Assembly (NCBI GenBank): GCA_001916035.1
Contig: MNRQ01000023.1
Location: forward strand, 8,850-72,849
Direction: 5' to 3'
From: Clostridium sp. 27_14
GTDB taxonomy: Bacteria > Bacillota > Clostridia > TANB77 > CAG-508
Length of the DNA stretch: 64,000 bases
A program made the translations under genes and the position numbers. The notes below the pieces were generated by a model, which was given only the letters and a program-made list of their open reading frames with translations, was not told where the DNA came from and ran no database searches. The number at the start of each line of letters is the position of its first letter. The stretch's first letter is position 1. Of this stretch, positions 11,350 through 20,897 are shown one piece after another.

Positions 11350-12546
11350 ATGTTTAATGTTGCGATTTTTAAATTAAAAGACATAACCAAATATCTTGTA
11401 GTAATAACGATAATAATATTTATTGCAATAACAACTACAAGATTTTTTTCAATAAAAAAAGAAACCCAAATAACAATACCAACACCACAAATATATAAAA
11501 AAGCAATAAACAGTCAAATACCAGCAATAGAAGGCTTAGAAAAAGAACAAAACAATGAACTAAATAGAGAAGAACATAAATATGCTCAAATAGCTATAGG
11601 AACAGAAATAAGTGCAATAAAAAGTATAAATCAAGAAGAAGCAAAAATAACACAAGAAACAAATAATTCCGAGGAAAAAAACACAGAAAATCAACAAACA
11701 GAAGCAAAAACAGAGCAAAACTCAAACAATGAAAATAACCAAAACAATAATGTAAACAACAAAGAAGAAAAAAATGAAGAAGTCAAAACAGGACAAGAAA
11801 CACAAATAGTAACAAATAACCCAATAAAAGAAACATATAACACCCAATACGGAAAAGTAAAAATAAAAAATGGAACAAAAATCAACTTAACAGAAGAAAT
11901 AATGACACCAAACATTAGCATAGAAAATAAAAACATATTAATATTTCACACACACAGCTGTGAAAGTTACACATCAAGCAATGCCTTCCCATACACACCA
12001 ACAGGAACATATAGAACAACAGACTTAAACTATACAGTAACAAGAGTAGGAACAGAACTAGAAAGCCAATTAAAAAAATACAATATACCAGTAACACATA
12101 ACACAAGTTACCACGATTATCCATCATATAATGGATCATACACACGTTCATTAGCAACAGTAACAAACATATTAAAAACAACACCATCAGACATTATAAT
12201 AGATTTACATAGAGATGCAATAGGAAGCAGAAGTGACTATGCACCAACTGTAAAAATAGGAGAAGACTATGCGGCACAAATAATGTATGTAATAGGAACA
12301 AACCAAGGAGGACTAGAACATCCAAACTGGCAACAAAACTTAAAATTTGCAATAAAAGTACAAGAAAAAGCAGAAGAAATGTTTCCAGGACTATTTAAAC
12401 CAATAATGTTAACAGAATACAGATATAACCAACATGCCGGAAAATATGCAAGCATAATGGAAGTAGGAGCAACAGGAAACACATTGGAACAATGTCTAAC
12501 AAGTATGAAATATTTAGCCAAAGTCCTAGACGAGGTAATAAAATAG
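11350..12546 (+). CDS. spoIIP: Stage II sporulation protein P
   Basis: N-terminal TM, N/E-rich linker, SpoIIP amidase-like core (ILIFHTHSCESY, IIIDLHRD, EVGATGN). Confidence 0.8.
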   Translation: MFNVAIFKLKDITKYLVVITIIIFIAITTTRFFSIKKETQITIPTPQIYKKAINSQIPAIEGLEKEQNNELNREEHKYAQIAIGTEISAIKSINQEEAKITQETNNSEEKNTENQQTEAKTEQNSNNENNQNNNVNNKEEKNEEVKTGQETQIVTNNPIKETYNTQYGKVKIKNGTKINLTEEIMTPNISIENKNILIFHTHSCESYTSSNAFPYTPTGTYRTTDLNYTVTRVGTELESQLKKYNIPVTHNTSYHDYPSYNGSYTRSLATVTNILKTTPSDIIIDLHRDAIGSRSDYAPTVKIGEDYAAQIMYVIGTNQGGLEHPNWQQNLKFAIKVQEKAEEMFPGLFKPIMLTEYRYNQHAGKYASIMEVGATGNTLEQCLTSMKYLAKVLDEVIK

Positions 12547-12560
12547 AAAAAAATATCTGT

Positions 12561-12593
12561 GGGTGTTTTTTGAGTCCGTCCTCAAAAACACCC
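12561..12593. terminator. Bidirectional terminator between spoIIP (+) and ytxC-like (-)
   Basis: GGGTGTTTTTTGAG-tccgtc-CTCAAAAACACCC flanked by A/T runs. Confidence 0.8.
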
Positions 12594-12597
12594 AAAA

Positions 12598-13449
12598 TTA
12601 AACACCAAATTCATGTAAACCGTATAAATTACAAATATCGCAATCAGAACAAACCACAATTTTTTTTTCAAATATCAAAAGCAACGTATTTGCAAATTCA
12701 TCAATAGCATTATCAACTAAATGCAAATAAATTTTTTTAGGTAAAACAGAAAGCAAAGTATTCAAAATAAAATCATTATTAGAAAAAATAATATCAGACA
12801 AATACTTAGCCTGGTAAATAGAATTATCTAAAGGAATAATATTTTTATTTTCATCTAACAAAAGAGGATTATCCTTTCTATAAACAATATGAACAACATC
12901 AGTTTTAGGAGACTGAGAATTTATATATAATTTTAATAAAGAAATAAATTCCATATATTCTTTTTCAATTATAAAATTACTAACAGCATCATCAACAACT
13001 TCATCAAGAATCGAAAAATACCTTTTTAGTCTAAAATTAATAAAGCCAGTCAACACTATAGATTTATGCTCTTTTAAATATAAGTAAAACTGATTATTAA
13101 TGTATGAAAATTTTTTATTAAAATAATTAGAATAGTCTTCAGAAAATAAATCAAAACAATAATTTAAAATTTTTTTCCTTTCAAGATTATCAAAATAACA
13201 ATAATTTTGTTGAATTATATTCAATAACAATTCTTCTTCCAATTCATCAATAACCAAATAAGAAAGTATGTCTGAAACAAAATGAATAAAAGAATCAACA
13301 TTAGATCCTAAATAATGTATTATTAAATTTTGATAATATTTGAATTTTTTGACTGTAAAACACATATACTGAACATTAGACAATCTTAATTCATTTAATA
13401 GATACTCTAATATTATTGAATTATTTGTTTTTATGCAAATTGTTCTCAT
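12598..13449 (-). CDS. ytxC: YtxC-like putative sporulation protein
   Basis: Start moved to MRTICIK (ATG 13449) behind the AAAGGGG RBS. Size and pattern (GFINFRLKRY, EYMEFISLLKLY) recalled from the YtxC family; no search possible. Confidence 0.5.
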   Translation of the reverse strand: MRTICIKTNNSIILEYLLNELRLSNVQYMCFTVKKFKYYQNLIIHYLGSNVDSFIHFVSDILSYLVIDELEEELLLNIIQQNYCYFDNLERKKILNYCFDLFSEDYSNYFNKKFSYINNQFYLYLKEHKSIVLTGFINFRLKRYFSILDEVVDDAVSNFIIEKEYMEFISLLKLYINSQSPKTDVVHIVYRKDNPLLLDENKNIIPLDNSIYQAKYLSDIIFSNNDFILNTLLSVLPKKIYLHLVDNAIDEFANTLLLIFEKKIVVCSDCDICNLYGLHEFGV

Positions 13450-13604
13450 TTTCAGACCCCTTTCAAAATTAGTATCTACTAAACTTTTAAACTTATACAT
13501 TATAATATGAAATTTTGAAAAAAAAGAATATTGTCCACATAAAAAGACCAAACCAAAATTGTAAAAGATAATTTTAGTTTAGTCTTAATATAAAACAATA
13601 AAAA

Positions 13605-15191
13605 TCAACCATAAATATTATAATCAATATCAGGAAATAAACAATCTTTTTCCTGAATATCTAAAAGAAAATTCTCATCAATTTCATCATTTTTAATTTG
13701 ATAATATAATTTAGTAAAACGACCAATATGATCTTTAATACGTTTTTTAGCATAATCCACCATAGTACCATTAGTAATAATAAAAAGCCAATCACTACTT
13801 TGAGCTAATAACAACTCTCTAGCACATTGATTAAGAGCTTTTTGCCTTAAACCAGTAGAATTAGGATAAAGGCTAGCAAGTTCACACATTCTATCACCAG
13901 CAACATGTAAATGACGATGAACATAATCATTTGTAGGATTAAGCCAAACTTCGCTATAACCATTAGCACCCCAGCTAGAACGACAAGGTGTAGAAACTTG
14001 TATTTCCGGATATTTATCAATATATTCAGAAGGTGTTATCAATTCAAAATTACAATCATCATAATAAATCTTTTTAAATAAAATATATAACCAATAAGGA
14101 CCTTCATACCACCAATGACCATAAAGTTCAGCATCATAAGGACACAAAACAATAGGAGGCTTATCCATATATGAAGCAGCATTAGATATCTGCTTAACAC
14201 GTGAATCCAAAAAATGTCCAGCCTGTTTTTCAGCAGAATCATGAGCCCATTGTATATCATAATAATCTTTTTGATCAGTGTTTCCAGTTATGCGATAATA
14301 TTTAATTCCTGTATGAACACGTACACCATTATGAGCAATATAAGGCTTTATATAATTGTAATCAGCCTCATAACCAATATCTCTATAAAACTCTCGATAA
14401 TTATAATCACCAGGATAACCATTTATAGAGCTCCATACTTGACGAGAAGATTCCAAATCACGTCCAAAAGCAACCAAACCATCTGGTGAAACAATAGGAG
14501 CTAAAGTACCATATATAGGAGTTGGATTAGCATATAAAATACCATGTGTTTCAGTTATAGCATATTCAATTCCAAATTCACGTAGATATTTATCAGCTTC
14601 TGGAACATAGCCACATTCAGGAAGCCATATACCACGAGGTTTCTTTCCAAAATATTTTTCATAAGTTTGAACACCAACAGCAATTTGAGCTCTTACTGTT
14701 TTTTCATTAACATATAAAATAGGAAAATACCCATGTGTTGCACCACAAGTTATTATTTCTAAAACACCAATATCTTGAAAATGCTTAAATTGTTCTATCA
14801 AATTACATTTAAAAACATCTTTAAATAAATGTAAATCATTTGAATATCTTTCATAATAATAATGAGATAATCTATTTAAACGCTCATCATAAGAAGTTCT
14901 TTTTATTTCCTTTTCTGATAATTCAATTAACTGCTCTAAATAATGTATATACTTTTGTTGCAATAATTCATTATCTAACATAGACAACAATGGAGGTGTC
15001 ATTGACATTGTAATACGAAAATTAACACCTTCATCAACTAACTTTTTAAAATAAGTAAGAAGCGGTATATATGTTTCTGATATCGCTTCATATAACCACG
15101 ATTCTTCCAAATAATCATTACTTTCAGGGTGATGAATAAATGGAAGATGTGCATGTAAAACAAAACTTACATATCCTTTTTTCTCTTGCAT
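13605..15191 (-). CDS. GH57-family 1,4-alpha-glucan branching enzyme (DUF1957 type)
   Basis: N-terminal GYVSFVLHAHLPFIHHPE, GVLEIITCGATHGYFP, CPYDAELYGHWWYEGP; 528 aa. Confidence 0.8.
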   Translation of the reverse strand: MQEKKGYVSFVLHAHLPFIHHPESNDYLEESWLYEAISETYIPLLTYFKKLVDEGVNFRITMSMTPPLLSMLDNELLQQKYIHYLEQLIELSEKEIKRTSYDERLNRLSHYYYERYSNDLHLFKDVFKCNLIEQFKHFQDIGVLEIITCGATHGYFPILYVNEKTVRAQIAVGVQTYEKYFGKKPRGIWLPECGYVPEADKYLREFGIEYAITETHGILYANPTPIYGTLAPIVSPDGLVAFGRDLESSRQVWSSINGYPGDYNYREFYRDIGYEADYNYIKPYIAHNGVRVHTGIKYYRITGNTDQKDYYDIQWAHDSAEKQAGHFLDSRVKQISNAASYMDKPPIVLCPYDAELYGHWWYEGPYWLYILFKKIYYDDCNFELITPSEYIDKYPEIQVSTPCRSSWGANGYSEVWLNPTNDYVHRHLHVAGDRMCELASLYPNSTGLRQKALNQCARELLLAQSSDWLFIITNGTMVDYAKKRIKDHIGRFTKLYYQIKNDEIDENFLLDIQEKDCLFPDIDYNIYG

Positions 15192-15233
15192 TTAACTACA
15201 TTCCTTTCTTGCTTCAGCTCAAATAAATAATAT

Positions 15234-16208
15234 CTATTTGAATCTTGAAGAAAAACTTTCAGAAGATGGATTCCCACCAGAAGAAGGGTTAGACAAATCA
15301 TAAAAGTTTTTGATTGTATTTTCTTCAAATAATTTTTTATAAATTTCCTGAATATTATATAATTTATTCAAATGGCTTGAAATAGGTAAACTTTCAATAT
15401 TTTTATTATATTCAACATTAGATTTCACATTTCTTACTAGTACTGAATTAATAGGTTTATTGTAATCTTCAGCCAAAATATGATTATTTGGAGAATCAAT
15501 TGCATTAGACATTGTAACATAAAAATAATCTCTATCAATTGATTTAGAAGGATATTTATTAACTTCAGAATTTGGATCCTTTTGTTCTTCTTCACCTATC
15601 TCACGTTGTATATAGTTATAAAAAGGCTTCCTTCCAAGTTCGATTTTATAATCACAATTAGCATCATTTACATGTAAATACCAAGAGTTTGCAAAATCAT
15701 TTATCTCTACTTCAAAAGCATAATGCATAGTTTCATTATGAACTATAAGAACAGGACGTGTTTTATCAAAAAAATCATAACCGTATTGTTTTTTAAAATT
15801 CTCTCTATCAGAATCAGCAATATCCCAATAAACAAACAAATTATTAGGTGTTTGAGCAAGAACTTTTACAATAGTCTGATTATATCTGTATGGCAAATCA
15901 TAATATTCAACTACAGAACCTTTAGTTTCAACTTTTTTTGTAGATGTTGAAGTATTAGTTTTAGAAACTGTTTTAGACTTAACTTTTTTATTAGTAGAAT
16001 TACTAGATTTTGTACTTTTTTTACTTGTAGAAGTACTTGTTTTTGTGGTTTTATTTGATCTATTTGAAGATTTATTTATTTCATTTTTTGTTTTTGAATT
16101 TACTTTTTTATTAGAAATATTAGAACTCATTTTAGCATCTTTTTGAACTGTATTAGATGACATATTTAAGTTTTCTAATTCTTTCTGTTCTTTAGTTTTT
16201 CTTGGCAT
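15234..16208 (-). CDS. DUF4912-like protein with K/S/T-rich N-terminus (usual partner of GH57 branching enzyme)
   Basis: AGGAGG RBS before ATG 16208. Core YDLPYRYNQTIVKVLAQTPNNLFVYWDI. Appears operonic with the GH57 gene. Confidence 0.6.
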   Translation of the reverse strand: MPRKTKEQKELENLNMSSNTVQKDAKMSSNISNKKVNSKTKNEINKSSNRSNKTTKTSTSTSKKSTKSSNSTNKKVKSKTVSKTNTSTSTKKVETKGSVVEYYDLPYRYNQTIVKVLAQTPNNLFVYWDIADSDRENFKKQYGYDFFDKTRPVLIVHNETMHYAFEVEINDFANSWYLHVNDANCDYKIELGRKPFYNYIQREIGEEEQKDPNSEVNKYPSKSIDRDYFYVTMSNAIDSPNNHILAEDYNKPINSVLVRNVKSNVEYNKNIESLPISSHLNKLYNIQEIYKKLFEENTIKNFYDLSNPSSGGNPSSESFSSRFK

Positions 16209-16447
16209 GATTAATCCTCCTATGTATTTCATTTTTCTACTTATATATACTATACTAAAACAAAAATAAATTCAAGTAAAATAAGAATTTTTTTTAAAAT
16301 TATAATCAAGCTATTGAATAAAAACAAAAAATGTGATAAAAATATGTAAATCAAAAAATAAGAAAAAAGAAAAATACGTTAATACTAAAAACTCATCTTA
16401 TTTTATACATATAAAGCAAGCTTATAGGAAGAAAGGAATGTAATAAA

Positions 16448-17416
16448 ATGTATAATGAACCACAAGAAATGTTAAATACACCAAAGATAAAAGTAATAGG
16501 AGTAGGAGGAGCTGGAAACAACGCAGTAAATAGAATGATAGAAGATAATATAAAAGGAGTCACATATTATCTATTAAATACAGAAACAGGAACATTAAAA
16601 AGAGCAAAAACTAAAAATATATTGCAAATAGGAATAGAAACAACAAAAGGATTAGGAGCAGGAGCAAACGAAAATGTAGGAGAAAGAGCAGCAATAGAAA
16701 ATAAAGAACAAATAAAAGACATAGTAAGAGGAGCAGACATGGTATTCATAGTCGCTGGAATGGGTGGAGGAACAGGAACAGGTGCAGCACCAGTTGTAGC
16801 AGAAATCGCAAAAGAAATGGGAATACTAACAATAGGAGTTGTAACAAAACCATTTATGTTTGAAGGCAAAGCCAGAAAACTAAGAGCAGACTATGGAACA
16901 CAAAAATTAAAAGAAAATGTAGATGATCTAATTGTAATATTAAATGACAAACTATTAAAAACAACAGACACTAAAATCACATTAAATTCAGCATTTTCAT
17001 TAGCTGACGAAGTTTTAGAACAAGCAATCTCAGGGATAACAGATTTACTAACAACAATAGGAGAAGTAAACATAGACTTTGCAGACATATCTACTACAGT
17101 AAGATATAGAGGAAAAGCATATATGGGAGTTGGAAAAGCATCAGGAGAAAAGAAAGTAGAAGAAGCAGTAAGACAAGCAATTGCAAACCCACTTACAGAA
17201 AGCAAAATAAATGGAGCAAAAGGAGTTATATTTAATGTTAAAGGTGATGAAAGCTTAAGTCTACTAGAAATAAACAGTGCAATAGCAATAATCAATGACC
17301 AAATAAGTGAAGATGCAAATGTTATATTTGGAACCGTTATTGATAACAATATGAAAGACAATGTAAGTGTAACTATAATAGCAACAGGCGTGGAAGAAAC
17401 AATAGAAGTAAAATAA
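16448..17416 (+). CDS. FtsZ/tubulin-family GTPase, short form lacking C-terminal linker and tail peptide
   Basis: GVGGAGNNAVNRM, GLGAGANENVG, GMGGGTGTGAAPVVAEIAKE, T7-loop NIDFADI. The protein ends at ...IIATGVEETIEVK (322 aa). Confidence 0.85.
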   Translation: MYNEPQEMLNTPKIKVIGVGGAGNNAVNRMIEDNIKGVTYYLLNTETGTLKRAKTKNILQIGIETTKGLGAGANENVGERAAIENKEQIKDIVRGADMVFIVAGMGGGTGTGAAPVVAEIAKEMGILTIGVVTKPFMFEGKARKLRADYGTQKLKENVDDLIVILNDKLLKTTDTKITLNSAFSLADEVLEQAISGITDLLTTIGEVNIDFADISTTVRYRGKAYMGVGKASGEKKVEEAVRQAIANPLTESKINGAKGVIFNVKGDESLSLLEINSAIAIINDQISEDANVIFGTVIDNNMKDNVSVTIIATGVEETIEVK

Positions 17417-17537
17417 AAAAGTTAAAATTAAACTACAACTCAAAACAACTTTGATAAGCCCATAAAACAAAAGTTATAACAAAAATATAAAAAATGAATA
17501 AAAATGACTAAAATAGTTGTAAAAAAAATAAAAAATT

Positions 17538-17573
17538 GATATACTTATAATGTTAAATAAGTATATCATTTTT
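17538..17573 (+). terminator. Hairpin plus T-tract in ftsZ-like/asp23 intergenic region
   Basis: Perfect 11-bp stem GATATACTTAT/ATAAGTATATC followed by ATTTTT. Confidence 0.5.
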
Positions 17574-17652
17574 GTATATAAAAGAAACTTTTAATAAATA
17601 CAAAATGAATATATTAAAAGAAAGTTAAGCTTTCTAAAAAGGAGGAATTAGT

Positions 17653-18123
17653 ATGAGTGAAGAAAATCAAGAAAAAATAGAAGAAAGAAAAGAAAACGAA
17701 AATACATCAGAAATAATAGAAACAGAAACAACAGAAGAAAATGAAGGAATACAAATATCAAATGATGTAATAGCAGTAATAGCAGGAGTTGCAGTATCAG
17801 AAGTACAAGGAGTATCATCAATGGCAGGAGGATTTGCAGGAGGAATATCAGAAGTACTAAGTGGAAAGAAAAACTTAGCAAAAGGAATAAAAGTAGATAA
17901 AGAAGAAAATAAAGTAAAAATAGATGTAAACATAATTGTAGAATATGGTACAAGAATACCAGATGTAGCATTTGAAATACAAAATAGAGTAAAAACATCT
18001 GTAGAAAATATGACAGGACTAAAAGTTGAAGAAGTAAATGTACATGTACAAGGCGTAAACACAAATACAGTTAGCAAAGAAGAAACAGAACAAAATGAAG
18101 AAGAAAAAGAACAAGCAGAATAA
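17653..18123 (+). CDS. asp23: Asp23/Gls24 family envelope stress protein
   Basis: ISNDVIAVIAGVAVSEVQGVSSM...VNVHVQGV; acidic tails. Confidence 0.9.
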   Translation: MSEENQEKIEERKENENTSEIIETETTEENEGIQISNDVIAVIAGVAVSEVQGVSSMAGGFAGGISEVLSGKKNLAKGIKVDKEENKVKIDVNIIVEYGTRIPDVAFEIQNRVKTSVENMTGLKVEEVNVHVQGVNTNTVSKEETEQNEEEKEQAE

Positions 18124-18284
18124 AAAGAACAAGCAAAAAACAGAATAAAGAAAGTAAGAGAAACATGCAGATATTAATAGCTTTTGAACAAAAAATAGCT
18201 CTTTTAAATGTATATCTTCAAAAATAAAAGTAAAAATAAACAAAATAAGGGTAAATATACCAATAAAGAAAGGAATTGTTGAAA

Positions 18285-18839
18285 ATGAAATTTATCGAAA
18301 AAATCACATTAATCATATATTCTAACATCATGTTAATATTATCTATAATATTATGCTTATTAGTATTTGGGTGGCTAGATATAGGAATAGTAGGAGAAAT
18401 AGTTAAAAACTGTATTACAACAGACCCAGGATCAAAAATAACATTAGGAGTAAGTGTTTTATTTATACTATTATCTATCAGATGCATATTTTTTGATCCA
18501 ACATCAAAACAAGAAATAAAAGAAAAACAAGGAGTGTTATTAGAAAACTCTAATGGAAAACTAATGATTTCAAAAGAAACAATAGAAAATCTAGTTGAAT
18601 CTGTAGCAAAAGACTTCAAAGAAGCGGAAAGCATAACAACAAGAGTTGAATTAGACAAAGAAAATAATGTTAGCATTTTTGCAAATTTAGTAGTTAGTGC
18701 AGATGCAGTAATAAAAGATTTATCAGCAGATTTGCAAAACAAAATAAAAGAAAGAGTAAAATTAGCAACAGATTTAGAAGTCAAAGAAGTAAACATAACA
18801 GTAAAAAAAGTTGCACAAGTACAAGAAAAAACGAAGTAA
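18285..18839 (+). CDS. amaP: Alkaline shock response membrane anchor protein AmaP-like
   Basis: Two N-terminal TMs plus a soluble domain; sits immediately after asp23; ATG 18285 is 10 nt after AAAGGA. Confidence 0.6.
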   Translation: MKFIEKITLIIYSNIMLILSIILCLLVFGWLDIGIVGEIVKNCITTDPGSKITLGVSVLFILLSIRCIFFDPTSKQEIKEKQGVLLENSNGKLMISKETIENLVESVAKDFKEAESITTRVELDKENNVSIFANLVVSADAVIKDLSADLQNKIKERVKLATDLEVKEVNITVKKVAQVQEKTK

Positions 18840-18897
18840 CATAATATATAATATAAAGAAAATACCGCGATATGTGCAAAAGCAAAATTCGCGTGTA

Positions 18898-18954
18898 AAC
18901 AAAACGCGGACAAAAACGTTAAAATAAGTGAAATACTATTAGTCCGCTTTTGTT
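18898..18954. repeat. GC-stemmed long-loop hairpin (family member D), probable amaP terminator
   Basis: AACAAAACGCGGAC (18898-18911) pairs with GTCCGCTTTTGTT (18942-18954), followed by GTTTT. CGCGA/TCGCG hairpin just upstream (18866-18893). Confidence 0.7.
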
Positions 18955-18980
18955 GTTTTCAGAAAGGATAGTGATAATAA

Positions 18981-19184
18981 ATGGAAGAATTAAAAAAATT
19001 TTTAGGAAAATACTGTGGAGCAATTATAGGAATTATTGTAGCAATTGTCATATTAGCAACTAGACTATATGATGTAATAATAGGAATAGTAGTCATATTT
19101 TTAGGAGCTTTTGTAGGAAATTATGTCCAACAAAATAAAGATGATGTAAAAACAAAACTAAAAACATGGATAGATAAGATGTAG
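18981..19184 (+). CDS. DUF2273-like small integral membrane protein
   Basis: 67 aa, two TMs ([26 protein letters not shown]); conserved position in the asp23-amaP-nusB cluster. Confidence 0.6.
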   Translation: MEELKKFLGKYCGAIIGIIVAIVILATRLYDVIIGIVVIFLGAFVGNYVQQNKDDVKTKLKTWIDKM

Positions 19185-19197
19185 AAAGGAAAATGTA

Positions 19198-19605
19198 ATG
19201 AATAGAACATTAATGAGAGAAAATGCTTTTAGACTATTATATAGTTTAGAAGTCCAAAAAAACAAAGAAATAAATATCGAAGAACAAATAGAATTATATA
19301 TAGAAAGCAATAATATAACAAATACAGAAGCAATTGAATACATGAAAGACGCAATTTTAGGAATAGAAAAAAATAAAGTTGAAATAAAAGCTTTAATAGA
19401 AGAAAATCTAAAATCAAACTGGAAATTAGAAAGAATATCAAAAATAGATTTAAGTTTATTAGAACTAGCAATATATGAAATAAAATATAAAGAAGTTCCA
19501 TATAAAGTAGCTATAAATGAAGCAGTCGAACTAGCCAAAAAATATGGAGAAGACAACTCAAAAACATTTGTTAATGGAATTTTAGCAAGCATAGTAAAAA
19601 AATAA
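19198..19605 (+). CDS. nusB: Transcription antitermination factor NusB
   Basis: REMAFRLLY-like start ([13 protein letters not shown]), C-terminal [11 protein letters not shown]; 135 aa. Confidence 0.9.
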   Translation: MNRTLMRENAFRLLYSLEVQKNKEINIEEQIELYIESNNITNTEAIEYMKDAILGIEKNKVEIKALIEENLKSNWKLERISKIDLSLLELAIYEIKYKEVPYKVAINEAVELAKKYGEDNSKTFVNGILASIVKK

Positions 19606-19649
19606 ATTTGTAAGAAAGCCTTTTAGCAAATAGAGAGGAATAGATAAAA

Positions 19650-20843
19650 ATGAATTATGAAAATATGGCAGTTACAGTAAGCCAAGTAAATAGTTATATA
19701 AAAGAAAAAATAGCCTCAGATGAAGGATTAAATAGTTTAATAATAAAAGGCGAAATATCAAACTTTAAAAACCACTATACAGGACATCTATACTTTACAC
19801 TAAAAGATGATAAATCACTTATAAAATGTATAATGTTTAAAAGCTATGCACAAAAACTAAATTTTATGCCAAAATATGGTATGAAAGTGTTTGTATTTGG
19901 AGAAGTCTCAGTATTTGAACGAGATGGAATATATCAAGTATATGTAAAAGCTATGCAAGAAGATGGAGTAGGAGCATTATATAAAAAATATGAAGAACTA
20001 AAACAAATGCTAGAAGAACAAGGATATTTTGATATTAGCCATAAAAAGAAAATACCACAAATGCCAAAAATAATAGGAGTACTAACATCACAAACAGGTT
20101 CAGTAATTAGAGACATCATAAATGTAAGCACAAGAAGAAATCCTAATGTTCAAATAAGACTATTTCCAGTACCAGTACAAGGACAAGACGCAGCACCCAA
20201 AATTGCAGAAGGAATACGTTTTATGAACAAAAACAAATTAGCAGATGTACTAATTTTAGCGAGAGGAGGAGGCTCATTAGAAGATTTATGGCCATTTAAC
20301 GAAGAAATAGTTGCACACGCCATATATGAATCAGAACTTCCAATAATTTCCGCTGTAGGACATGAAACAGACTTTTCAATATCAGATTTTGTAGCAGATT
20401 TACGAGCACCAACACCATCAGCAGCTGCTGAATTAGCAGTACCAGATATATATGAAGTAAAACAAAAAATACTAGGATATAAAAATAGACTAAAAATATC
20501 TCTTAATAAAAAATATGAAATGTTAAAATTACATTATGAAAAATTAACATCAAGTTTTGTATTTAAAGAACCATTAAGAATAATAAATGAAAGATCAATA
20601 TTGCTAGACAATCAAGTAAAACAAATAGAAAATATTATAAAAAACAAAAAGCAATCAGAAAAAGAAAGATATGTAAAACTAGTTTCAAAATTAGATACAC
20701 TAAGTCCATTAAAAACTTTAACAAGAGGATATTCAATTATAGAACAAAAAGGAAAAATTATAAACAGTGTAAAAGAATTACAAGAAGGAAACGAAATTGA
20801 CATACAAATGATTGATGGCAAAGCAAAAGCAAAAATTATTTAG
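19650..20843 (+). CDS. xseA: Exodeoxyribonuclease VII large subunit
   Basis: OB-fold N-terminus (VSQVNSYIKE...GEISNFKNHYTGHLYFTLKD), ARGGGSLEDLWPFNEE, SAVGHETD. Confidence 0.93.
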   Translation: MNYENMAVTVSQVNSYIKEKIASDEGLNSLIIKGEISNFKNHYTGHLYFTLKDDKSLIKCIMFKSYAQKLNFMPKYGMKVFVFGEVSVFERDGIYQVYVKAMQEDGVGALYKKYEELKQMLEEQGYFDISHKKKIPQMPKIIGVLTSQTGSVIRDIINVSTRRNPNVQIRLFPVPVQGQDAAPKIAEGIRFMNKNKLADVLILARGGGSLEDLWPFNEEIVAHAIYESELPIISAVGHETDFSISDFVADLRAPTPSAAAELAVPDIYEVKQKILGYKNRLKISLNKKYEMLKLHYEKLTSSFVFKEPLRIINERSILLDNQVKQIENIIKNKKQSEKERYVKLVSKLDTLSPLKTLTRGYSIIEQKGKIINSVKELQEGNEIDIQMIDGKAKAKII

Positions 20844-20897
20844 ATATATTATTAAAAAAAGTTCAAATAATATACTAATAGGAAGGATATAAACAAA

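Noticed and set aside
18218-18913. Long antisense ORFs throughout the track (e.g. 18218-18913, 53599-54522, 54604-55422, 57722-58495, 5393-6016, 10341-10838, 22706-23242, all on the minus strand) with L/F/I/S-rich translations.
   Set aside because: They are the reverse complement of A-rich coding strands. They lack RBSs, have low-complexity hydrophobic composition, and fully overlap well-supported + strand genes.
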